Source of the DNA: Octopus bimaculoides
Lineage: Eukaryota
Direction of reading: 5' to 3'
DNA length: 62,632 nucleotides
Assembly: GCF_001194135.2 (NCBI RefSeq)
Contig: NC_068992.1
Coordinates: 16,549,076 to 16,611,707 of the forward strand
Position 1 is the first letter of the stretch; every line of letters begins with the position of its first letter. Under the pieces are notes generated by a model. The model was not told the DNA's origin and ran no database searches. It saw only the letters and a list, made by a program, of their open reading frames with translations. Shown piece by piece: positions 52,191-62,632 of the stretch. Both the position numbers and the translations under genes were made by a program.

Positions 52191-52842
52191 AACCTAATTA
52201 TGTGGGATATAACACACACCTACTCACCCGAAGTGACCTTTACTATAGGCAAGTACTTCTTGGCACTGATAAACAGACACTTTCTAGTCAGCCATAATTA
52301 TAGAAAGATCTTCAACAGACATAATTCAGTTTCAGCTCAACTGCTTATTTTAAAAATATAATCACACACAACACACAAAAAACACAATAAGAAACCAGCT
52401 GTTCATGCAAAGATAAAAATTTGTGCCCGCTAAATGGAGCTTGCATGTCCAAAACCATCATTTATGAGGCCACCGTGGACTCTATTATACCCACTAAGGA
52501 CACAGTTTCGACGAAGAAATACGTGGGCCTCACGGAGGGTAATTTGAAAGCAAGATTCACACTTTGAGTTTCAGGCACTGGGACAAAAGGAAAACGACTA
52601 AATTATCCAGTCATATATGGTCTTTAAAAGATAAAGGTGTCAGTTACAACATCCATGGGAATATCTTAGCCAAGTGTAAGCCTTTCACCAGCGGCAGCGG
52701 ATGGTGCGGTCTATCTGATATGGAAAGATGGCTCATCTGGAGAGGCAGCTTAGAACCCGCCACATGTCTAAATTCAAAGACTGAACGTTTCGGATCATGT
52801 CCACATGTGGTTAAATATTTCCTACGTTTTTGGTCCCCCTGA
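52191..52842 (+). mobile_element. Penelope-like retroelement ORF 3' fragment (RT thumb end, Cys-rich linker, GIY-YIG endonuclease), frameshifted
   Basis: Across frames: NLIMW...YSPEVTFTIGKYFLALINRHF..SHNYRKIFNRHN; CSCKDK.LCPLNGACMSKTIIYEATV...KKYVGLTEGNLKARF; SFRHWDKRKTTKLSSHIWSLKD...CKPFTSGSGWCGL...CLNSKTERFGSCPH. Confidence 0.88.
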
Positions 52843-53594
52843 GTTTACTGATAGGACTTGCTTTCTATATTGTGTCTATGTATAAGCTTTTAATCTCTAT
52901 ATTTTTGACTTAGATTTCTTATACATATATATATANNNNNNNNNNNNNNNNNNNNNNNNNNNNNNNNNNNNNNNNNNNNNNNNNNNNNNNNNNNNNNNNN
53001 NNNNNNNNNNNNNNNNNNNNNNNNNNNNNNNNNNNNNNNNNNNNNNNNNNNNNNNNNNNNNNNNNNNNNNNNNNNNNNNNNNNNNNNNNNNNNNNNNNNN
53101 NNNNNNNNNNNNNNNNNNNNNNNNNNNNNNNNNNNNNNNNNNNNNNNNNNNNNNNNNNNNNNNNNNNNNNNNNNNNNNNNNNNNNNNNNNNNNNNNNNNN
53201 NNNNNNNNNNNNNNNNNNNNNNNNNNNNNNNNNNNNNNNNNNNNNNNNNNNNNNNNNNNNNNNNNNNNNNNNNNNNNNNNNNNNNNNNNNNNNNNNNNNN
53301 NNNNNNNNNNNNNNNNNNNNNNNNNNNNNNNNNNNNNNNNNNNNNNNNNNNNNNNNNNNNNNNNNNNNNNNNNNNNNNNNNNNNNNNNNNNNNNNNNNNN
53401 NNNNNNNNNNNNNNNNNNNNNNNNNNNNNNNNNNNNNNNNNNNNNNNNNNNNNNNNNNNNNNNNNNNNNNNNNNNNNNNNNNNNNNNNNNNNNNNNNNNN
53501 NNNNNNNNNNNNNNNNNNNNNNNNNNNNNNNNNNNNNNNNNNNNNNNNNNNNNNNNNNNNNNNNNNNNNNNNNNNNNNNNNNNNNNNNNNNNNN

Positions 53595-53637
<43 letters not shown>

Positions 53638-55849
53638 AAGTGTGTGTGCCTGTGTTTGTGTGCGTGTATGTGTGCGTGAACATATGTATGTATGCTTGTG
53701 AGTCATTTTGTCTATGTTTGTCACTGCCACATATTGGACAACCGGTACTGGTTTGTTTAAGTTCCTATTATGTAGCAGTTTGTGAAAGGAGAGTGATATG
53801 TTAATTAGCAGGATTCAAGAAAAAAAAATATAAGTAGTGGGCTTGGTTCGTTCGACTAAACCCTTCAACGCGTGCCCAAACATAACCGGAATCCTATGAT
53901 TAAAACCAGTAACAAAAAGAAGTAAAATATGAAATATGAAGACATATTTCTGTTAACTTTCATCGAATACACTCATTTATATCTGCATTTCTTTAATTCG
54001 AAATCGATTGCAAACTGGGAAATCACTTCAGGCACAGGTTAATAAGCTACAGTATAAATGAAGTCCGTTTCATGATGTATCAAAATACTTAGGTCACGCA
54101 CATTTTCATCACCAGAAAACTTAGATGGATTTTCTTGTTAGCGCCGTAATGGACATAGTAATAACGGAGCACGTCTTTCAATTGTAAAACAATTATTTCA
54201 GAGTAGACAGGTAAATTAATGAGATCGTAGCTGTATCTATCTAACGTATTGTCCTAAATACTTCATTATAAGACAAATAGTAGTTAATTGAACATGTTCA
54301 TTTATATGTCACTCTTGAGACTTCAAAGTTAGCAATGTAATATATATAAGCGTGCGTTCCATAATCAGAAAAGGCTAACGATCCGCGTGACGGTTATGTC
54401 TATTTCACATATCCCTGAGGTGCAATAAAGTTTGGACTGCACTGTATTGTTTCTCTATTAAAAACAAGTATCTAATGAAGTAAGTATTCTTAATAAAGTA
54501 TTTAATGAAAAATAGATATGATTATCTTAGACTACTATCGCGGAATTATTTTCATACGTGTAATCAGTCGACCGCTATATTGATTCTCCGTTTCCAGTGC
54601 CCTACAGGCATAGATACATATGTGTTTGTTTGTGTGTGTGTGTGTGAGTTCGTACACGTGCGTGTGAGTATGTATGAATGTATGTATATGTATTCATATA
54701 AGTATGTACGTGTTTGAGTATATGTGTGCCAGGGACTATAAATATAGAAAAATATAGAAAATATCTATGATGGATTAAAGTGCCAGAAAACCTCCGTTGA
54801 CCTCATACAAAAATATAAAAAAACACATATGAATTATAAAAACAAATATAGAACACTGTAACAATTTATATTTCAACCTGATAAGAAGTAAAACAGTTCC
54901 AGAAATATGTTATCCAAAAATATAGTGAAGAAATTAAACATAAACAACAAAAATCTATAAAAAATAAGAACGCAACAAAAAAAACTGCTAGTAAAGAATG
55001 GAGTTAGAGACAAGTGGAAATGAACGGACGGTCAATAAATTTATGCTTTTTTCAGTTGAAACATCGATGTAGATATTAGTGGTGTATTTCTTTCTTTCGC
55101 AAAAATAATATATTAAAGGAACAACTGGAAAATATATAGAATACCACGGCGGAGGAAGAAATAAGAATTAGCAAAATTAGCAATTGGTGCAATTGTCTTC
55201 GAGGAAAAACGAGAGCAGAACAACGGCAGAGGATTCAGATTAACGGCCAAACGATATGTACCTGAAAATATTCCAAGTGTCAATGATTTTCTCACAATAT
55301 CTGCTGGAGCTAATGTTTCATAGCAAGCATTTGGTACTTTATTATTTTACTATTTTTAATCATAGTGAATTCCGACAATATGAATGTTTCCTTTTACTGC
55401 GAAACTTATTGAAATCTAACTGACGTAGAAGCTTGTTCATGCCAAATCTTGTTATACTTTGAAATAGCACACACTATTTTAAGTTTGTATATAAGAGAAA
55501 CGTCTATATTTTCCCAGTTTCGTTGTTAATTATTTATAAGACAACCGTGTTCGCACCGACGTGAGACGAAACGTATAATGAGACGTACGATGTTTCAATC
55601 TTGTTTCGTTAAAATGCGTTAGTTACATTCTTCTGAAATTTTGAATAAATTCTAGTCTTTGATACTGGTTTTCATCATCATCAGCATCATCATCATCATC
55701 ATCATCATCATAATCATCATCATCACCATCTTCATCGTCATCATTATCATTGTTGATGTTTTTGTTATCTTACACCTTATTTTACCAAAGTGCTTGTACT
55801 TTTTATAAGGTGGGTCAAAATGTAAAAGACCTTTTGATAATAATTCTCG

Positions 55850-56200
55850 TAAATTCATACTAGGTCACATTTCTCCGTTGCTCAACCATAAAAGCATGCA
55901 TTCGAACAAAAGAAATGACGAATTGCCTATCGTTTGATGAATTTACTCATGTTCACTGATAGCTCTTCCACCATTATCTTCATCATAAATAATGCCTTTA
56001 CACCATTTCTGAAACGAACGTTCCAATAGACTTTGCAGAGATCTAATTCATGCGGGTACTGTTCAACACACGTGTTCACAGCTATTTTCATCCCGTCTTG
56101 TGGTGATCAAACCGGTGGCTTCTAAGACATCTCCAGAAAATTAGAACAGACTTCACATTACGTTCCTTCAAACGGAGTATCAACCGCTAAGATACACACT
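55850..56200 (-). mobile_element. Possible very decayed mariner transposase N-terminus
   Basis: Minus-strand patches VYWNVRFRNG..DEDNGGR..MVEQRRNVT echo the mariner HTH linker (W..RF..G...D..RSGRP..DRR.T). Heavily frameshifted. Confidence 0.3.
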
Positions 56201-57508
56201 TCGCACACACTTTCCATTGCCCAGTCTCCTGTCATCAATGTATCGCGACTATAGTCCAGTTACACAGCCAACTCACAGATTGTGGCCCGTGTGTCAGCGC
56301 AAGTCAATTAGGAGATACTGTGGTGTTATGTGTTAGTAGTCAGTGGTGATGGTCTCTGATCTTGTCGTTCGATTTAGATACCAGTTTCCCGTTCTGTAAA
56401 TATTCTCACCTACCTGTACGTATTGCTCTCGTCTGTGCTGCCCTCCCGGTACACAACCTGTAACTTTCTGTAGATATCGGTAAACCTACACCTTTCTTTC
56501 GTCAACAGCTTAATGGGAGCAATTTCCTTCTACGTGGAACATATTATTTGCCAGAAAATTAAAAGAGGAGGAATAGTAAATATAGAAGATCTTCTCTACC
56601 AACTGATGCAAATTGAACGCTCATTGTCACCAAACAAAAAGTAATAAAATAGGCGAAATTTTCCAGTAGTTTCGGTAAAAGCTTCGTAATTTTTTTTATA
56701 TCTTTACATCAATTTAGTTTAAATCCTCGTGAGCTGATACAGACAAGTATTTATTTAACATTAAAATTTACATTAAAACCGTTGTTTAAAAAATAATTTG
56801 TTGGTTTTTATAGCTGGTTTATACAAATACTCTAAATTTAAAATGTGTTGTTAAAGTATTGTCTGATTTTAAAAGATTACTCAGAATTACAAAACAATTA
56901 TTATTTTATCATAACTGTTATTTTTCTATCTCATTTCATTCTCAAGGATATCTTAAATGGAAATGATAACAGTGATTATTGTAGTAGTGGAAATGATTGA
57001 TTTGTAGTAATTCATTAGGAAATAACACCATAAGAACGTTGAATAATAATCAGGGAGAAGATATGGTTCAGCTTAAAATATGTTGCACGTATTCAATAAA
57101 TATAAGATAGAAATTACGAGACAAAATATATTAGAGGTCACAATTCTATATTATGCATATATATATAAACGCATGTAAGTGCACAAGTGTTAACGTATAT
57201 ATGAATGTAAACATATGTATACCCGTGCACACAGAAGTGTTTGTATTACGTGTTGATTTTCATTCTTGTTATGTATAGTTTCGTGCTGCATGCCTTCAGA
57301 CAGTTGCATTAATGATAAATAGCTACAGAAGCAATATTATTATCAAAAGTTAATATTTCCCACCAACTTATAAATGAATGCTGAGTTAGAACACAGAATA
57401 CTTCGTTATATACTATGAGATAAACTCTCATATGGAGATAATCGTTCGTTACCGCCGGCGGTACCGCCAGATCATATGATTTTGGCCTTGCTTGCTTTGC
57501 TTTGTCAG

Positions 57509-57663
57509 TGGCAGACATCCGTGGCTAGAGACGGCAGCATTAGCCCCTCCTCCCGTCCCCATTGTACATAGAATCGCAATGTCTTTTCGGATGTTGCAGC
57601 GAATAGCCAGTGGATATATTAGAAATGAATTAAGAGTGACAAAAGCAGTATTAATGCCAAAAG
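57509..57663 (+). CDS. Candidate internal coding exon of an unidentified gene
   Basis: Acceptor TTGCTTTGCTTTGTCAG|, donor AAAG|GTAACA, GC-richer than the flanks. Only one frame is open (GRHPWLETAALAPPPVPIVHRIAMSFRMLQRIASGYIRNELRVTKAVLMPK). No homology recognised. Confidence 0.3.
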
Positions 57664-58179
57664 GTAACATTTATCGCCACTTAAAAGTGAATGTTGTCTT
57701 AGAACTCAGAATATGCAGTATTAACAATGGGCAGAGATTCTTGTATGCAGTTGTACATATAATCACTTGCCTTTATATCGTTAGCAGAAGATAATTAGTC
57801 TATTATAAATCTCTTGTAGTCATTGTTAAGTTGTTTGTATATGAATATATGTGCAATCTGTTACCAAGTATTTCACCTTGTACCGTTTAGTTTAGGTACA
57901 ACAATTTTATATTTTGTTTGCGTTCATTGATTGTCCTGTCAGACACTGTTCTGTTATCATTTGTCTTTGCTTTAGATATTTATTGTATAGTTAATATAAG
58001 ACATTATTCATCATCTCTGTTAGCAACAGTTTATTTACAAAGCAAACGAGATCAGTTCAATGGTTCTCTCCCAGAAAGTTTGTATTCGACTCTATACATG
58101 ACCGAAATAATTTAAGTTACATACCCGCCTCTCGTTAGTGGAATTGTGTGTCGTTGTTGGGTCTTCGTCGTAATGATAT

Positions 58180-58194
58180 CGTTCATCATCATCG

Positions 58195-58230
<36 letters not shown>

Positions 58231-58233
58231 CCG

Positions 58234-58277
<44 letters not shown>

Positions 58278-58400
58278 GTCATCATTATAATCATCATCAT
58301 CATCATTATCATCATCACCACCATCATCAGCATCATCATCATTATCATCATCATCATCATCATCAATATCAGCAATATCATTATTATTATAATTAATGCA
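58180..58400. repeat. (CAT)n microsatellite; a shorter one lies at 55670-55755
   Basis: Directly visible. Source of the poly-His/Asp/Met/Ile pseudo-ORFs. Confidence 0.95.
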
Positions 58401-61400
58401 ACTAGCAGCAGTAACATCATGTTCATTATCACCATCATGTTTTTGAGAAAAAAATCTGTGACACATCTAGTCGTTTTAAAAGTTATTATATCTGTTACTG
58501 TTCCAGACAGTGATTACAGGAAGCTTTGTAATTGTCGATAGGAGGGTGGTTTCGATTATATCGTACACATTGCAATTGTCAACGTTATACAAAGTGCTTT
58601 ACATAAGATATGTTTAGAAGTGCAAACTCTTGAAGTTGCGTGTAGAAATTTTCTTATGCAATTCATCGTTCTTTTTCCTATAAGGTAACTCAAAACACAT
58701 AACTTTGCCGTAATTATTGGGCTCCTCTTTGACTATACTCTATGCCTTCACTTTTCAATATCCAGATTGTATTTCCTTCCTTTTTATATTTTCACCGAGG
58801 AAGTGATCCTTATCTCCTGCAATATAATTTAATTATCATTTGCGCAAATCATAACAATAAAGCTACAAGACCTGGATCTCTTATTGGCCTTATGTGAATG
58901 TAGACGTTTTTTGCAAAAGACGGATTACGTAAGGGAATATTTTACGTTATTAAATTATTGCTTGCTGTTTGCACATTGCGTGCTGCATTATTTTAGTGTT
59001 TAGATTTTGTTTAGGTAATATGTTGTATAAGATTTATTATATAGTTAAGTAAATATTCTTTACAAGATGTATAGTGTGAATTGTCTATTCTATTGCTTAA
59101 TTTATTTCATAATTATTTTACAGGATGCATGCTACTTTGAAGAAAACGCGCAGTGCTATCAAATTAAATGTATCCCCCGTAAGATCTACTTCGTGTTTAT
59201 CACTCTATGTAAAATTGAGAGTCATGCTTCGTTCCGGTTGTTTGTCATCAAGCTTTTCATTCTGGTACTATCACTGGTTCACTTTGGTCTTGCAGAACTT
59301 CAATGCATTCGTGATTGCGATTGTTTATTCAGCACCATACGGATCTTCTTTTGATTTGAAGGGATAGAACCCATGTTTCTTTTACAGTCTTTAATCATTT
59401 TGTCTATGCAATTTGTTTCGAATTTCAAGCTGGTCCGAGAAAACAGGCCCCATGTAATTGTAGCAAGATTGTTGTGGTGTATTGCGTTCGATACACGTTT
59501 AGTTTTCTTAATAAGTTTTGCTTGTACCTTCATTTTCTCCCAGAGTGTCTTAATTTTTTGACAAAAGTCTTAATTATACGGGTTCTTTGTTATTGCGGAT
59601 CCATTTATTCATTTATATTTATTTCTATAATAAAGATTTATTTCAGGAATTGGTAATGTTATTTAATATATTTTATTTCAATCTCATTCTTGTTTCATTG
59701 CACTTCATGTATTGTATAATAATGAAAATATATATTATATGGAATAAAAAGTTCTGAAACGTAAAATAGAAGACAGTTAAATTTATTGGGATCTCTTGCA
59801 TGATTTGCTCCTAGTGAAGCGTTTCTCCTGTTATGTTTTTTGTCCCAAGTTCGTGTTGGCGATTATTTAAATACATTTCCCTATGGAATTCCTGAAATAG
59901 TTATAAACTGCGTTTAGGGGGATAATTTCAATGCGTTATCGTTGTTTGTAGATATGAGCATTTGGTCTGTTTGACATCAATATTCGCTTTTATTTTTCAT
60001 TTTCATTTTTTATCCGGCTCATTAGTTAGTTGATCTTTACAAAAACGTTATACTATTCTTTTATTCTTTCATTCTTTTACTTGTTTCAGTCATTTGACTT
60101 CGGGCATGCTGGAGCACCACCCTTTTATAAGTAAAAAAAATTATGAGTAAAAATTACTCGAAATCTACTTTCTTCCCAAATTTTAGTAGTAAGTGTAGGC
60201 AGTTTCTTTTCATTCGCGTGACAGTCCCTTGTATGCACTGAACCGTTTGTGTCAATTTAAACTTGAAGCTGTTTTGTTCAACCTATAGATTTTAATTTAC
60301 TACACAAAATAAAGGAATTATAAAGTTATGCATGCGCTTTCATCACCTGTCGAATATCTTCTAATTCTATGCACAAGAGTTTTTTTCTGAGCTATATTTG
60401 ATTGACTCAAGGATTTCAATGCAACTTCTTTTCTTGCTAACCTGTCAGGTAGATTACCATACTTAATCCATTGCGTTATAATCTCTTGAACTAAATGCAT
60501 AGTATTATTCATTTCAGCAGTTAATAACATGCCGTGGATTTTTTCTCCTCCTCCCATTATAATTATTGTTTTTGTTATTGTTGTTGTTGTACTTGTAGTT
60601 GTAGTTGTTGTTATCATTATTACTATTAGTGTTGTTGTTCTTGTTCCTGTCATCGTTGTTCTCGTTACAATTATTAAAATGGCTGATTTGGGTACAGATA
60701 TGTGGCTTATTGCTCCTTAGAATTCTTATTTATAACGAATGTAATTGAAGAATACAAAAACATTTCTTTTCCAGAACGCTTCTGGTAACGTTTGTGATTA
60801 CCTTTCGCATACAAGCAGAGAAACTATGTTTGTGTTGTTTGCATTCAATGCCCCCTGAGATATTCAGAAACACATAAAACGGACAAAAATAGAAAATAGA
60901 TTTAATTTCACAGCAAGACGTATTTCTCCGGGCATATTAATGACTTTCAACAGAGAACAGTTTCATTAACTCAAATATTCACAACGATGAAATAACTAAC
61001 AAAACGTTAGCAAAAATAACAACCACTATAATAAACACAATGCACACAGGCAAAGTAAGCACTGAAACTGAAACATAAGTTTCCTTATTCGGCAAGGTGA
61101 ACGGTAGTACTTAGATTTTGGTTACAGATCAGTTGGCCGATCAGAGAAGAGCTTGGCAGGGTTATGTAACAAAGAAGGCTACGTCTCTCCTCTTTCTCTC
61201 TCTCTATCTCCTTTTGATTTTGTCATTGAAGCCCAAAAGAAAATTCATATATGTTACCCGCATCTGCATGGATTTATCAGAGAACACCCAATACAAAGGA
61301 AGGGAAAATATAATAAGCAACGATTTTAGGGTGGTCTAGAATCAAATACAACTGATTTCTGAACAAGAGATGAGTGAAGAGGCAAGCCGATAAAACAAAG

Positions 61401-61424
61401 TGAGTGACAATTTTGTCCACTTAC

Positions 61425-61537
61425 TAACATCTTGGTGCTTCATTCGGCACGAAGCGTCGTACACAGTCGAAGATAATATTACTGGCATTGTCCTTATGTT
61501 CATTGTTATGCTTCTGGTATTGCGCGAGCACGTTGTG
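61425..61537 (-). CDS. Candidate coding exon of an unidentified gene
   Basis: Minus acceptor CCTTCGTTGTCTCAATCTTTACAG|, donor TTA|GTAAGT (or AT|GTTAGT 4 nt earlier). Open frame HNVLAQYQKHNNEHKDNASNIIFDCVRRFVPNEAPRC. No homology recognised. Confidence 0.3.
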
Positions 61538-61681
61538 CTGTAAAGATTGAGACAACGAAGGACAGCAAGTTTGTCACTAGTGTTGGTCACTATGTTCGTC
61601 AGTCTGCATGTTGGGATGTATGGATATACATAAGAATGTGTGGTATGCGTGTAGATCGCCCTCTCCATTTCTTTCTCTCTG

Positions 61682-61723
<42 letters not shown>

Positions 61724-62312
61724 TTTATACACATATATGTATATATATATTAATACGTATATATATGCATATTTATAAATACTCACGTATGCTTAATATA
61801 TTACATGCAGATATTATATGCATATATACATGCCCTTCTATCACTCCATTTATCTATCTATCAAAATTTATCTCTATCTCTGTGTGTGTGTGTGTGTATA
61901 GACACACAGACATACATAAAGATGCGCACTCATATATGTTGTTATAAATACGGTGCATATGCATGTGTGCATGTGTCTGTAATGAAATGTGTGACCATGT
62001 GTTACACAGAATTTGCATAGATATCTTAAGTTGAATATTGCATCTGAAATTCAGAAACAAAAAATGTTCCGAAAATTCAATAGGTATTTGAGTAAAAAGA
62101 TGAGAAGACAAAAAACCGAAAAAAAAGACAAAAAAGTAAAAACAAAAAGACAAAAAAGTAAAAAAAAAAAGAAAGAGAAATCATTTTTCCCGATACATTA
62201 ATTTTAGAAATGAGGATTAATGTTGTTGTTTTTTTCATTTTTTGCAGAAAGTATAGATAGACAAAAACGTAAAAAAGTGTAAAGGTAATAAAGAATAGGA
62301 TAAACGCATACA

Positions 62313-62377
<65 letters not shown>

Positions 62378-62549
62378 TATGTATATATATATGTGTGTGT
62401 GCGAGTGTACATCTATAAATGTATATAAACACATATATCCGCGTATACAAGTGTTTATTGCGTAAATACATTTATGTACTTGAGTAGATATATATAAATA
62501 CATGTATAGATACATACATAGTCACAAACACACACACACACACACACAC

Positions 62550-62632
<83 letters not shown>

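Noticed and set aside
58092-58541. Poly-His/Asp/Met/Ile ORFs, and the many YIYI/THTH/CVCV/MYVC ORFs elsewhere
   Set aside because: Translations of (CAT)n, (TA)n, (CA)n and (TATG)n repeats; open in several frames and on both strands.

Overview
AT-rich, microsatellite-dense animal genomic DNA with many N-gaps, almost all flanked by simple repeats. The repeat repertoire suggests a coleoid cephalopod, probably Octopus; this is inference from recalled SINE families, not a search. No complete or recognisable host protein-coding gene is visible. Nearly all long ORFs in the track are microsatellite or N-run artefacts, and only a few weak exon candidates remain. The window is a mosaic of decayed mobile elements: two tRNA-derived SINE families (>20 copies or fragments), two R4/Dong-like RLE retrotransposon fragments sitting in (TAA)n, DD37D/Tc1/mariner remnants, a 78-bp MITE, an RTE-like 3' end, and Penelope-like (GIY-YIG) pieces. 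The most interesting signal is RNA-structural. Three unrelated type I hammerhead ribozyme motifs can be folded by eye at 31.7, 34.7 and 44.2 kb. One has an apparently intact fold with a rare U3-A8 covariant core and one has a palindromic stem III, pointing to a Penelope/retrozyme-like self-cleaving RNA repertoire. Also notable are a lone degenerate 28S rRNA fragment (37.1-37.3 kb) and a 110-bp near-perfect hairpin (23.8 kb).
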